DNA from: an uncultured Eubacteriales bacterium
GTDB taxonomy: Bacteria > Bacillota > Clostridia > Lachnospirales > CAG-274
Length of the DNA: 61,964 nucleotides
Direction: 5' to 3'
Assembly: GCA_902496345.1 (NCBI GenBank)
Contig: CABVAP010000001.1
Span: 1 to 61,964 of the forward strand
The notes beneath the pieces were generated by a model. That model was not told the origin of the DNA and made no database searches. It was given only the letters and a program-made list of their open reading frames with translations. This document shows positions 1 to 10,391 of this stretch, piece by piece. Position 1 is the stretch's first letter. Each line of letters starts with the position of its first letter. Position numbers and translations under genes: made by a program.

Positions 1-69
1 TTTAAGAAATTAGCGAACGAAAATTTTGGAATAAAATTTAATTTGCAAAAAATCAACGATTTTTTGCAA

Positions 70-116
70 GGCTGTCGACTTTGTCGACAGCCAGAAACCT
101 GCCACATAGTGGCAGG
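70..116 (-). terminator. Two tandem GC-rich stem-loops 3' of the rhodanese-domain gene
   Basis: ggctgtcgac-ttt-gtcgacagcc (70-92) and cctgccac-ata-gtggcagg (98-116). These GC-rich palindromes stand out in AT-rich spacer just downstream of the minus-strand stop at 157. The U-tract is weak. Confidence 0.45.
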
Positions 117-156
117 CTTAAAAATAAAAACTTTCCCATTTTTCCAATATAAAATT

Positions 157-1098
157 TTATCTATCAACTAAACTATCAACGCTACCAAGATTGTAGACAT
201 TGATAAATCCCATAGCTTGTGCTGCTTGCACAGCTTTAGAGGCACGTCCACCGGATTTACAATAGAAAATCAAAGTAGTATCTCTGCTAAATTTATCAAT
301 TTCATTAATATTAGCGACAGGAATATTAATTGAATCAGCATAGTGATATTCATTAAATTCACTTACATCACGAACATCAATGAATAAAGCTCCGGAGGCA
401 TACATAGTAAGAGCCTCTTCAACAGAAATATTATTTTGACGTACACTAGATATAGGAAGTTCGATAGCATTTTCAGAACCCTCATTAAATATAACTGTTG
501 TTTCAGTAAATTTTATATCATTAAGATTTTCAGAAGAAACTTTTTTAAGTTTATAGCACTTAATACAAGGAGTTATAACAAGAACAACGCCGTCATCACA
601 AGCTAAATAAAGTTGGTCACCATAAACAGCAATATCATTTATTTTGTAAGTTGTACCATAAACGTAATCAATATCACTTTCAGCAAAATAGTCATAAGTT
701 ATAGGTTGCCAAATAGTTCCAAGGCCACTTGTTATAACTTTTTTTTCTTGTGCAATATTATCATAAACGAGAGCAGCAAAAGAACCGTTCCAGTTCATAA
801 GTTTTAAGAAAGTAAAATTACAACCATTTTGAGCATTATAGTTAATAGTAGAAACAAGCCCTTTTGATGTTTTTTTCATAACACCGTTAGGAGTAACCGT
901 TAAACTTATACTGTCTATTTCTGCAGCAAGAAGATTAGTTGCATTTTGAGATGTCTTTGGAGTTGTAAGATTTTTAAGTATGTCTATATTTTCTTGTTTT
1001 TGCATATTGTTCAAAACCTGCTCTGCAAAAGCAGTGTTAGAAAAAACACCAGTTACCATAGTGCTAGCCATTAAAACAGTTGCGATTTGTTTTTTCAT
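157..1098 (-). CDS. Secreted protein with C-terminal rhodanese (sulfurtransferase-like) domain
   Basis: Signal peptide MKKQIATVLMASTMVTGVFSNTAFA. C-terminal rhodanese fold with active-site loop FYCKSGGRAS. Start moved to the internal ATG at 1098, which has a purine-rich RBS upstream; the track ORF extends to 1143. Confidence 0.7.
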   Translation of the reverse strand: MKKQIATVLMASTMVTGVFSNTAFAEQVLNNMQKQENIDILKNLTTPKTSQNATNLLAAEIDSISLTVTPNGVMKKTSKGLVSTINYNAQNGCNFTFLKLMNWNGSFAALVYDNIAQEKKVITSGLGTIWQPITYDYFAESDIDYVYGTTYKINDIAVYGDQLYLACDDGVVLVITPCIKCYKLKKVSSENLNDIKFTETTVIFNEGSENAIELPISSVRQNNISVEEALTMYASGALFIDVRDVSEFNEYHYADSINIPVANINEIDKFSRDTTLIFYCKSGGRASKAVQAAQAMGFINVYNLGSVDSLVDR

Positions 1099-1225
1099 AA
1101 ATATCGTTCCTTCCATAGTCCATTTTTGTTTGTAAACGCCCAAAACCTTGAGTTAAATTCAAATATTTTATAGTATAATAATAACAAAATTTGAACACAA
1201 TCTCAAGGTTTTTTAGAATTTATTT

Positions 1226-1855
1226 TTATTTTATAATTTCTGTTGGAAATTTAAAAGAAGAATTTAATGCTTTTTGTAATATGCAAGCAACTTGCTCTGC
1301 TGTAATATCTTCTTTACCTGTAACATTAATTCTTTTTTCAAAATCTTCACGAGAAGTAATAGCCGAATCAACAGAATTTGGGTTAAGTATATATTGCAAT
1401 GCGATAGACGCATCAGCAACGGTAATTTGACCATCACCGTTTACATCACCAATCACAAAACTAACTTCCCCACCGGAAGTAGTTCCGACAATAAGAGAAG
1501 CCGGCTCACTAACATTACTTCCACCTATTCTAACAACATAAACTTTGTTAGCATCTAAAGTATCCTTTACCCCTAATTGAAAAGAAAAAGCACCGTCAGC
1601 ATTAGTATATACTGTCTGATTTATATAACTAAGGTTATCATAGTCATATTCTTCACCGTTTACCTCTGTGATAAGGTATGTAATTTGTTGACTATCACTA
1701 ACCCCTGTAATTGTACCAGAAACATCAACAAAACTTCTAGCCTCATCAGGTTTTGCAGAAGTCAAGCTTATAGAAGTTGTAGAAGCAAAAGCCGAACAAA
1801 AAAGACAAGTTGTAGTAACAATCAATGCACTAAAGAAAACAAAAGCCTTTTTCAT
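1226..1855 (-). CDS. Secreted dockerin-containing protein
   Basis: Signal peptide, an Ig-like/beta-sandwich region, then the dockerin Ca-binding repeat GDVNGDGQITVADASIALQYIL plus a degenerate second repeat. The tail ends KALNSSFKFP. Confidence 0.65.
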   Translation of the reverse strand: MKKAFVFFSALIVTTTCLFCSAFASTTSISLTSAKPDEARSFVDVSGTITGVSDSQQITYLITEVNGEEYDYDNLSYINQTVYTNADGAFSFQLGVKDTLDANKVYVVRIGGSNVSEPASLIVGTTSGGEVSFVIGDVNGDGQITVADASIALQYILNPNSVDSAITSREDFEKRINVTGKEDITAEQVACILQKALNSSFKFPTEIIK

Positions 1856-1942
1856 AAAATCCCTCCTAATTTTTTTAGTTTTAGACTATCCAAAAGGATA
1901 GCCTAAATTTTATATTAAACACTTTCAAAATAATTTTTACAA

Positions 1943-4900
1943 TTATTTATATTCAACAAATACAGCATAAAGTTTTTTGTTGCTACCACCACCATAGATG
2001 TAAACAGGTTTTGTTGTATCAGTAATATCAGCAGATACAGTTGTTAAACCAGTTTGAAGTGACTGACCAACAGCAAGTTTAGTTCCGTTTTGTTCAATAT
2101 TCATTTCACGACCGGCACTTCCGTTACCGTCAAATACTGCAGTAACACGGCAAGCACTCTTTGGAGTGAAGAATACACAACGTTTTGATGTACCACCACT
2201 ACCAGCTTGTAAAGCTCTAGAGAAATTGAAAGTTTTTCCTCTAAATTTAAAGTTCTTAGTACCAGCACCAGCTTCAACCCAAAGGCTATAACCCTCTAAA
2301 TCATCTACTTTAGGAAGAAGAATACCATCGGCACCACCCTTAACTCCGATAAAGTCATCATATTTAGAATCAGAGAAGTTGTATGCGACAAGTTCCATTT
2401 CTTTGTAAGATACAGAAGAAACATCGGAGATAGGCTTCATATCAACAATGTTGTTCCAAACGAACAAGCTAACTTCGTCATTTCCAGAGAAACCACCAGA
2501 AAGTGTATAAGTACCACTGTTAGTAAGTTCAGCTTTTGCAGCTTTTGTCATTTTTCCGTTTTCATCAAAAACAGCACCGATTAAAACACCATTTTCAGAA
2601 CCAAGTTTGTGGCTAACAGTTACTTTAACAGCACCATCGCCGTCACTTTCAGCAGATTTGAAAGTATAATGGTATTTAGCAGGTTCTTCATAAATAAATC
2701 TGATGTAGTCAATGTTTGCACCGTTTGATTGAACGTAAATTGTAGAAAGACCGTTTTCATCAACAACAGCGTTACTAATTATATCTTGTTTAACATCAAG
2801 AGTATTTTCAGCCCATTTAGCCCAGTTTCCGGTAGTTTTAGCAACACCTGTTGCAAGTAAGTCAGCTGGATAAGCGTCTTTACCAAGACTAACATTTAAT
2901 ACAGCGTCACCCTCAGTTTTGTAAGAGTTTCTAACAATAATTTGTTTAAGCCCTTCAAGTCTAACACCTTTGTATTCAACCCAAGAATCTTTAGTTGAAC
3001 CGATATTGTTACCACCTGTTGATGAACCACTTGCACCGTCTTTATGGTCAGTTATATCACCAACGCCTTTATCGTCAGCGAATTCACCTTCAAGCTGGAT
3101 ATTAACAAGAACAACAATGCTACCACATTCAAGTGATTCTGTGTTCATAGCAGTAATTTTAATAAGACCATTTTCTTTTACAGCAAGAACACCTGTGTCA
3201 TAGTTAATTTCAGCTGGTTCTCTGTTGTATTCACCAAGTTTTTCAACTTTCCATTTAAGTTTAGAACCGTCAATAGAAGTATCACCTTTAAATGCTTTAA
3301 GTTGAATAGTTACAGGATTTTCGTCTGTTACAGTACCTGTAATAGTATTTGTCTGTGCATCATATACAGGGATACCGTCAGTTCTGTAGTCAATAACATT
3401 TTCATAAATATGAGCTGGATTTTCAGATGCAATTGAATAAACATTTGTAAGTTTGTCAGCATCAACATTTCTAATATCTTTGATAGCTTGATTATAAACA
3501 GACACAACTGTTGGATAATCAACTGTCAAATTTATAAGTTCTTTAGCGTCATTATATATTTTTGTAAGTTTTTCGTAATTTTCAGTACTGTAAGCCTCTT
3601 TAACACATTGAGAATATTCTGTGTCAAGTTTAGCAATAAGCTCAGCTTTTTGTTCAGGAGTAGCACCGTCAATAATTTCGCAAGTAACAGGGAAAGAAGT
3701 AGATTTTGAATTTCCGTCAATAGTTACAGTTGCAGTAATTGTAGCAACGCCCTCTTTTGTACCGGCAGTAACAGTACCGTTTTCATCAACAAGTGCAACA
3801 TCTGTATTAGAACTTTCATATTTAACATCAGCTTTAGAAAGGTCATATTTAACCTCATCAGTCATATAAGCTGAAAGTTGAGCTTTGATAGGAGTTTCAG
3901 TTGTAGAAGTGTTTCCACCTTCAAAGTGAACACCTTTAACAGTAATACCTGTTGGTATAGCAGTAACAGTTTTAATAACTGAATTTAAAGTTCCAGAAAC
4001 AGTAACATCTGTTTTAAGAGCAGTTTCAGATTTAGCATCATTTGCATTTTTAGCAACAATAAATGAGTATTGACCTTCTGGAACATAAATTTTTTGGCCT
4101 GCTTCATCAAAGAAATGAATATCTTTGAGAGCAACTTCAAATTTAACCTCTGTACTTGCAGCAGGTTCAAGCTCTACTTTTTCAAAACCTTTAAGTTGTA
4201 ATAAAGGCATATCAGTACCGTTAGCATTAGGAACTTTTACATAAAGCTGAGCAACTTCTTTACCTTTAACAGAACCACTATTAGTAATTTTTGCAGTTAC
4301 AGTCACGGTATCATTTGGAGTAGCAGAAGATTTATCAACATTAATATCAGAATAAGTAAAGTTAGTATAACTTAAACCATAACCAAAAGGATAAACAGGA
4401 GTTCCGGAATAATATTGATAAGAACGACCTGGGAAATTATCTTTTTGTCTTATGCTATAATCATTGTAGTAATAGTCAAGACCGTCTTTTGTAATTTTAT
4501 TTTCAGCAGTTGTAGCAAGTGGCATTTTTTCAAGGTCAGAATTTAAGTACCAAGTTGAAGTAAGTCTACCGGAAGGGTTTACAGAACCACTTAAAACTTT
4601 GGCAAAAGCCGTACCTTGAGTTTGACCGTTGTAAGAAGTCCACATCATACCAGCAACTTTATCTTTAATATCTTCAACGTTCATCTGACCAACTGTTTGC
4701 ATAGCAACGATAGTTTTACTTCCGTAAGCATCAGCAATAGCTTTAACGTGGCTTTGAGATGTAGGGAAAGAAGTACTTGCTCTGTCGTTAGATTCAGAAG
4801 AATCAGAAAGGTTTGTACCAGCATAAGCGATAATTACATCAGCAGAATCAAGCTGGGCTTTATATTTTTCAACAGAAAAAGTTTCTACATTAGGTGATAC

Positions 4901-6685
4901 GGTAAGAACCATAGGTTTAATTCCGTTGTAACCACCAGATGTACCTGTATATTCACCTTTACATTCAGTATAAGTATCAAAATCTGTAGTAGTTTGGCTA
5001 GAAACGTTAGCAACAGTAAGAGTTGAATCATTGTAACCAATTTTAAGAGTACCACCAGGGGTTGTAGAATCAGCAGACATTTCAGCTTTAACATTTTTTA
5101 CATTCGAAAAGTCAACATTAGGAATTGTTGCAGTAAAGTTTTTAGTAACTCCGTTGATTGCACCGTTTGCAACTGTACCACCTGAAACAGCAGTAGCTTT
5201 AGAAAGGTCAATTTTTCTAGTAGTACCGTCTTCTAATTCAAAAGAAAGGCTTTTAAGGTTAAACAATACTGTGTCAGAAGAAACACCACCAAGGTAACTT
5301 ACATCAGTAAATTCATCTTTAAGTCCTTGTAAAGGTGTAGAAGTTTTTGTTGGCTCTCCAGAATAGTCACCGAGGAAAACTTCATCAGTATAGTTACCTA
5401 CAATAGCAATTTTCTTGTCTTTGCTTATAGGAAGAATATTGTTATCATTTTTAAGAAGTACCCAAGATTCTTCAGCAGCAGCCTCAGCGATAGCAACATT
5501 GTCATCTGTTTCGATAACATCTTTTGTTATACTTCTATAAGGAACAAGAGAGGCGTCATCAAATTCACCTGTTTTCATTCTTTGTAAGAATAATCTGTAA
5601 ACATTTACGTCAAGTTGGTCCTCAGATATGTAACCATTTTCAACAGCAGCAAGCTGAGTTGTTTGAGCAGCAGTACCACAGTCTATATCATTACCGGCAT
5701 AGAAACCTTTTGCGATAGATTCAGCAGCTGAAGTTTCTCTGTAATTTTTGTCAGGTACAAGAACTTGTTTGTAGACGTTTTGTTTACCACCAACTTCAGT
5801 ACCACCTAAATCTTGAACAGCACCACAGTCACCAGTTACATAACCATCAAAGCCCCAATTTCTTCTTAAAAGTTCAGTAAGTGTATATTCGTTAGCGGCT
5901 GAAGGGATATGGTCATATAAAGTTTCGCCGTTTCTAGTAACAGTAGTAGCATTGTAAGAACTCATAGCAGACGCAGGTTTGTCTGTTTCAACTATATCTT
6001 GGAAAGCTCTACCGTAATATTCTCTTAAAGTTCTTTCGTCCATTTTAGAAGAACCAGCACGTCTTTCTTTTTCACAGTTGTTAGCGATGAAATGTTTAAG
6101 AGTAGAAATTACTTTAAGATACTTAGAATCTGTACCCTGCATACCTTTAACAAATTCGCCAGCGATTTGACCAGTAAGGTAAGGGTCTTCACCGTAAGTT
6201 TCTTCATTTCTACCCCAACGAGGGTCTCTAGCCATATTTATAGTAGGATTCCAGTAAGATAAATCGTATTGATTATTTTTTCCTCTGGCCTCAGTACTTG
6301 TTGCAGTTGCGATTTTGTTAGCAAGTTCTCTGTTCCAAGTATTTGAGAGAGCAAGACTTGATGGGAAAGAAGTTGCTTGACCTTGTCTAGCAACACCGTG
6401 GATACCCTCTCTCCAATATTGATAAGCAGAAACGCCAAGTCTAGGGATAGCAGCAGCCTTGTTACCAAGCTGAGAAATTTTTTCTTCAAGAGTCATTCTT
6501 GAAACTAAATCAGCCGTACGTTCTTCAAAAGAAAGATTAGTGTTGAGATAAGGAAGAACTTCTTCCTGTACTGTGTCATTTGTCACACCAGTTTCCCCCT
6601 CTGCGAAAACAAAAGAAGACGAGCTTGTTAAAAGAGTCAAACACATAATAGCACTTATAATTCTTTTACCTATATGTCTTTTCAT
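1943..6685 (-). CDS. Multidomain glycoside hydrolase family 3 (beta-glucosidase/xylosidase-like) with Fn3-like, Big_2 and CBM-like modules
   Basis: Signal peptide. GH3 motifs LEEKISQL, WREGIHGV, DPRWGRNEETYGEDPYL, KHFIANN and GYVTGDCGAV (nucleophile Asp). Fn3-like segment LSYTNFTYS...VAQLYV. Big_2-like NTDVALVDENGTVTAGTKEGVATITATV. CBM6-like WVEYKGVRLEG...ANIDYIRF. Confidence 0.9.
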   Translation of the reverse strand: MKRHIGKRIISAIMCLTLLTSSSSFVFAEGETGVTNDTVQEEVLPYLNTNLSFEERTADLVSRMTLEEKISQLGNKAAAIPRLGVSAYQYWREGIHGVARQGQATSFPSSLALSNTWNRELANKIATATSTEARGKNNQYDLSYWNPTINMARDPRWGRNEETYGEDPYLTGQIAGEFVKGMQGTDSKYLKVISTLKHFIANNCEKERRAGSSKMDERTLREYYGRAFQDIVETDKPASAMSSYNATTVTRNGETLYDHIPSAANEYTLTELLRRNWGFDGYVTGDCGAVQDLGGTEVGGKQNVYKQVLVPDKNYRETSAAESIAKGFYAGNDIDCGTAAQTTQLAAVENGYISEDQLDVNVYRLFLQRMKTGEFDDASLVPYRSITKDVIETDDNVAIAEAAAEESWVLLKNDNNILPISKDKKIAIVGNYTDEVFLGDYSGEPTKTSTPLQGLKDEFTDVSYLGGVSSDTVLFNLKSLSFELEDGTTRKIDLSKATAVSGGTVANGAINGVTKNFTATIPNVDFSNVKNVKAEMSADSTTPGGTLKIGYNDSTLTVANVSSQTTTDFDTYTECKGEYTGTSGGYNGIKPMVLTVSPNVETFSVEKYKAQLDSADVIIAYAGTNLSDSSESNDRASTSFPTSQSHVKAIADAYGSKTIVAMQTVGQMNVEDIKDKVAGMMWTSYNGQTQGTAFAKVLSGSVNPSGRLTSTWYLNSDLEKMPLATTAENKITKDGLDYYYNDYSIRQKDNFPGRSYQYYSGTPVYPFGYGLSYTNFTYSDINVDKSSATPNDTVTVTAKITNSGSVKGKEVAQLYVKVPNANGTDMPLLQLKGFEKVELEPAASTEVKFEVALKDIHFFDEAGQKIYVPEGQYSFIVAKNANDAKSETALKTDVTVSGTLNSVIKTVTAIPTGITVKGVHFEGGNTSTTETPIKAQLSAYMTDEVKYDLSKADVKYESSNTDVALVDENGTVTAGTKEGVATITATVTIDGNSKSTSFPVTCEIIDGATPEQKAELIAKLDTEYSQCVKEAYSTENYEKLTKIYNDAKELINLTVDYPTVVSVYNQAIKDIRNVDADKLTNVYSIASENPAHIYENVIDYRTDGIPVYDAQTNTITGTVTDENPVTIQLKAFKGDTSIDGSKLKWKVEKLGEYNREPAEINYDTGVLAVKENGLIKITAMNTESLECGSIVVLVNIQLEGEFADDKGVGDITDHKDGASGSSTGGNNIGSTKDSWVEYKGVRLEGLKQIIVRNSYKTEGDAVLNVSLGKDAYPADLLATGVAKTTGNWAKWAENTLDVKQDIISNAVVDENGLSTIYVQSNGANIDYIRFIYEEPAKYHYTFKSAESDGDGAVKVTVSHKLGSENGVLIGAVFDENGKMTKAAKAELTNSGTYTLSGGFSGNDEVSLFVWNNIVDMKPISDVSSVSYKEMELVAYNFSDSKYDDFIGVKGGADGILLPKVDDLEGYSLWVEAGAGTKNFKFRGKTFNFSRALQAGSGGTSKRCVFFTPKSACRVTAVFDGNGSAGREMNIEQNGTKLAVGQSLQTGLTTVSADITDTTKPVYIYGGGSNKKLYAVFVEYK

Positions 6686-6830
6686 ATAGTTCCCTCCTGT
6701 TTGTTAGATTTTTTTAGTAGAACATCTTTATCTATGCTTGAATTATAGCAGATATTAATGTATAATGATAGCCATATAATATTAAATATAAGACAAAAAT
6801 TGCACATAATAATGTAAAGGGGGGAAATAT

Positions 6831-7634
6831 ATGACACCTTTTTATGAGATTCAAGAGGATAAATTAAAAATAATAAATAATAAAAGGGAGCTAACTTATG
6901 CCCCACATATACACGAAAATATTGAAATATTATATGTTTACAGTGGAACGCAACATTTGTCCATAAACAATATAGATTATGAAATAAACGAGGGAGATGT
7001 TGCAATAATTCTGCCAAATATTTTACACGAATATTATAAAGCAGATAAAAAAATAGCAGACGGCCTATTAATAATATGTGACCCACAGATTTTTTTAAAT
7101 ATGTTTCCAAATTTAATGAATTCAATCCCTGAAAATCCGGTTGTAAGAAAAGAAAATCTAAATCAAGAATTAATATTTGCGATAAATTCAATAACGCCAG
7201 AAAAACCATTGCCAATAAAGTTAGGATTTACTTATGTAGTAATGTCGCATATTCTTTCAATGATAAAGCTACAAAAAAACACAACTGGCTATAGTGATAA
7301 TATGACGCAAAAAATAATTGAATATATTCAAGAAAATTTCAAAAATCCAATAACCCTAGATGTAATGGCAAAAGACTTATGTGTAAGTAAATACTATATA
7401 TCTCATATTTTTTCAGAGAGATTAAAAATAAATTTTAGAAATTACATAGGTAAAATTCGCGTAGAATATGCCACAAAATTAATAAGGACAACAAATTTAA
7501 CATTAACGGACATAAGCAACGAATCAGGCTTTGAAAGTCAAAGAACATTCAACCGAATTTTTCATTTGATATATGGAATGTCACCAAGAGATTATAAATA
7601 TTATGCAAGTGAAAAAAATAACCCACATAAATAA
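6831..7634 (+). CDS. AraC-family transcriptional regulator (cupin sensor + HTH)
   Basis: N-terminal cupin-like HIHENIEILYV...GDVAIILPNILHEY. C-terminal AraC double HTH (LCVSKYYISHIFS...GFESQRTFNRIFHLIYGMSPRDYK). Divergent from the GH3 gene. Confidence 0.9.
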   Translation: MTPFYEIQEDKLKIINNKRELTYAPHIHENIEILYVYSGTQHLSINNIDYEINEGDVAIILPNILHEYYKADKKIADGLLIICDPQIFLNMFPNLMNSIPENPVVRKENLNQELIFAINSITPEKPLPIKLGFTYVVMSHILSMIKLQKNTTGYSDNMTQKIIEYIQENFKNPITLDVMAKDLCVSKYYISHIFSERLKINFRNYIGKIRVEYATKLIRTTNLTLTDISNESGFESQRTFNRIFHLIYGMSPRDYKYYASEKNNPHK

Positions 7635-7777
7635 ATAAATAAATAACCAAAAATCACTATTTTCATATTTTATACACTCTATCTGTTGACAAAATATTCA
7701 ATAAATAGTATTATAATAATGATGAAACATATAAGTTAGTATTATATTTATTTAAATACGTTAGGGGGTATTGAGAA

Positions 7778-7996
7778 ATGGCATTAGCAAAAGAAACATT
7801 GTTTGTTGAATTTTCCGGTAAACAAGTAAGTGAAAAAGAACTTATAAACGGTGCAAAACAGGTATGGAAAGACAATGGAAACAAAGTTAAAGATTTAGTT
7901 TCTACAAATCTATACTACAAGCCAGAAGAAAGCAAGTGTTACTTTGTTATGAACGAAGGTTTAGAGAACGAATTAACAGGTTCATTTGACGCATAA
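7778..7996 (+). CDS. Small hypothetical protein (72 aa)
   Basis: Strong RBS (ttagggggtattgagaaATG), non-repetitive composition and a hairpin terminator downstream. No family recognised with confidence. Confidence 0.55.
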   Translation: MALAKETLFVEFSGKQVSEKELINGAKQVWKDNGNKVKDLVSTNLYYKPEESKCYFVMNEGLENELTGSFDA

Positions 7997-8020
7997 TCTT
8001 AATGAATCCAGCCTACATAA

Positions 8021-8055
8021 AAAAATCCAACTTTTCAATAAGTTGGATTTTTTTA
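8021..8055. terminator. Bidirectional rho-independent terminator between convergent genes
   Basis: aaaaatccaactt-ttcaat-aagttggattttt: a 13-bp stem flanked by an A-run and a T-run. Confidence 0.75.
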
Positions 8056-8066
8056 CATATACAAAT

Positions 8067-9230
8067 TTATTTAAGTACGTCACTTTTCTGTATTTTTTCA
8101 ACTGCTCTATGTATTTTTTCAATAGGTTGAACAAGTGCCATTCTAACATATCCCTCACCGAGGTCGCCAAAACTACTACCAGGAACACAAACAACCCCAG
8201 CTTTTTCTAAGAGGTCAAAAGCAAATTTTTCAGATGATGTATATTTTTCCGGTATAGGAAACCAAGCAAACATAGTGCTTTCAGAAAAAGGAACTTTCCA
8301 ACCTATATCATTAAGGCTTTGGCATAAACAGTTTCTTCTTTCTTTGTACCTAGCTCTGTTTAAGTCAAGAATATCTTGAGGACCGTTCAATGCTTCAATA
8401 GCAACATTTTGAATTGCTTTGCAAATACCATAATCAATTTGTGAACGGAAAGCCTTAAATTTTTTGATAATGTCTTTATTTCCTATAGCAAATGACAATC
8501 TCAAACCGGTAAGGTTGTATGATTTAGAAAGAGAGTTAAATTCAACACCGACATCAATTGCACCAGGAACTTTTAAAAATGACATACCAGGTTCTTTATC
8601 ATAAATCAATTCAGAATAAGCATTGTCGTGTACAACGATAATATCATATTTTTTAGCAAAGGCAACAAGTCTTTCATAAAAAGCGTAATCTGCTGTTGCT
8701 GTAACAGGGTTGTTAGGGTAAGAAACAACAATCATTTTAGCTTTTCTTGCAACATCTTCTGGGATTTTTTCAAAATCAATAAGATAGTTGTTTTCTTTTA
8801 AAAGAGGATATTTATATAACTTAGCTCCTGCCATAAGTGGACCAAAAGAAAAAACTTGATACCCAGGGTTTGGGACAAGAACAATATCGTCTTTATCACA
8901 AATAGGGAAAGCGATATGAGCCATACCCTCTTGAGAACCGTTTATAGTCATAATATTTTCAGCTTCTATTTTAGTGTCATATCTTCTAGCATACCAATTA
9001 ATAACAGCGTCAATAAGTTCCTTGCTGTCAAATAAACCATATTTAAACAATTCAAGATTTTCAGTAGCTTGTTTTAAAACATCAAGAACACGTTGGTCCG
9101 GGAGAAAATCAGGAGTACCTATTGAAAAATTAATAACTTCCCTACCCTCTTTTTCTAAACGATTTTTCATATCATCAAGTTCAGTAAGAATATTAGTTTT
9201 TATCTCACCGAAAGCAGACGAAAACTTCAT
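8067..9230 (-). CDS. Class I/II PLP-dependent aminotransferase
   Basis: Fold-type I aminotransferase motifs: NPGYQVF, SYPNNPVTA, VHDNAYSEL and the PLP-lysine motif NSLSKSYNLTGLRLSF. Confidence 0.85.
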   Translation of the reverse strand: MKFSSAFGEIKTNILTELDDMKNRLEKEGREVINFSIGTPDFLPDQRVLDVLKQATENLELFKYGLFDSKELIDAVINWYARRYDTKIEAENIMTINGSQEGMAHIAFPICDKDDIVLVPNPGYQVFSFGPLMAGAKLYKYPLLKENNYLIDFEKIPEDVARKAKMIVVSYPNNPVTATADYAFYERLVAFAKKYDIIVVHDNAYSELIYDKEPGMSFLKVPGAIDVGVEFNSLSKSYNLTGLRLSFAIGNKDIIKKFKAFRSQIDYGICKAIQNVAIEALNGPQDILDLNRARYKERRNCLCQSLNDIGWKVPFSESTMFAWFPIPEKYTSSEKFAFDLLEKAGVVCVPGSSFGDLGEGYVRMALVQPIEKIHRAVEKIQKSDVLK

Positions 9231-9305
9231 TGTAAACGCACCTTCCTTAAAATTAAAACTTTTTAAAATTTTTAAGACCTTGAAATCAAATCCAAGGTCT
9301 TTGTT

Positions 9306-10373
9306 TTAAGATTTTTTTTGATTATTAATTTCTTTGCTTTTTGTATTTGCTGAAACCCTCGCCCTGTATACATAAAGCATAAGAAGAAGAACAATAAAAA
9401 ATACAAGAACAACAACAGTTGCTTGAAAATTTTGAACAGCGATAAGAATAGCAATCAAAGCACTTATTGCACTAAGACCGTATAAAATCATAACAGCTTG
9501 TCTGTGCGAATATCCACTATCTATAAGTCTGTGGTGTAAATGACCTCTATCCGGACTCATTATAGGTTTGTGATTAATAGCACGTCTTATCATAGCAAAT
9601 AAAGTATCAAGTATAGGAAGTGCCATAGCTAAAACAGCGATAACAACAGATAAAAGAGCATAGCTCTTGTAAACACCTATACAAGAAGAAACAGCAAGCA
9701 CATAACCTAAGAATGTAGAACCCGTATCCCCCATATAAACCTCAGCCGGACTAAAGTTTCTAGGCAAAAAGCCAAGACAAGCACCGGCAAGAGTTGAAGA
9801 AAGCACAACAGCCGTTGTTGTACCGGATATTATACAAAGTATAGTAAGACAAAGAGCAGCGATAGAGGTAACACCGGCAGCAAGACCGTCAACACCGTCA
9901 ATAAGATTTACGGCATTTATAACGCCGATTATCCAAAATACAGTAATAGGTGCATTAAAATTCTTAAAGTATTCCCAAGCCGGCCACATTATAACGTTTA
10001 TTCTTGTACCGGTTGAAACAACGATAATAGCGACAAGTATCTGAACTAAAAATTTAAATTTTGCACTAAGTTCGTAAATATCGTCAAGCATACCCAAAAT
10101 TACAATAATTGCACCACCAATTAAGAACCCAAAAAACTGGGTAGTAATAAATTCAGGTACAAAAAAGCACATAAGTAGCATTGTTATCATAAAACCTAAA
10201 ACAATAGCAATACCACCCATACGAGGCATAGGTTCAGAGTGAAGACCTCTAGATTTAGGGTAATCAATAGCTTTTAGTTTAAAAGACATCTTTTTTGCAA
10301 AAGGTGTCGCAAGGAGAGAAATAGCAAAAGAAGTAGCAAAAGCTGCCATATAAAGTAACCAATTATGAGTCAA
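9306..10373 (-). CDS. Glycosyltransferase family 4 / polyprenyl-phosphate N-acetylhexosamine-1-phosphate transferase (WecA/TagO/MraY family)
   Basis: Polytopic membrane protein with LGMLDDIYEL, NAVNLIDGVDGLAAG, FLPRNFSPAEVYMGDTGS and HLHHRL motifs. Confidence 0.85.
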   Translation of the reverse strand: MTHNWLLYMAAFATSFAISLLATPFAKKMSFKLKAIDYPKSRGLHSEPMPRMGGIAIVLGFMITMLLMCFFVPEFITTQFFGFLIGGAIIVILGMLDDIYELSAKFKFLVQILVAIIVVSTGTRINVIMWPAWEYFKNFNAPITVFWIIGVINAVNLIDGVDGLAAGVTSIAALCLTILCIISGTTTAVVLSSTLAGACLGFLPRNFSPAEVYMGDTGSTFLGYVLAVSSCIGVYKSYALLSVVIAVLAMALPILDTLFAMIRRAINHKPIMSPDRGHLHHRLIDSGYSHRQAVMILYGLSAISALIAILIAVQNFQATVVVLVFFIVLLLMLYVYRARVSANTKSKEINNQKKS

Positions 10374-10391
10374 ACTAATTGCTCCCTTCTG

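Noticed and set aside
6682-7215. 177-aa minus-strand ORF overlapping the AraC gene and the GH3 promoter region
   Set aside because: It overlaps a confidently identified AraC regulator on the opposite strand. The product is hydrophobic and low-complexity with no family resemblance.
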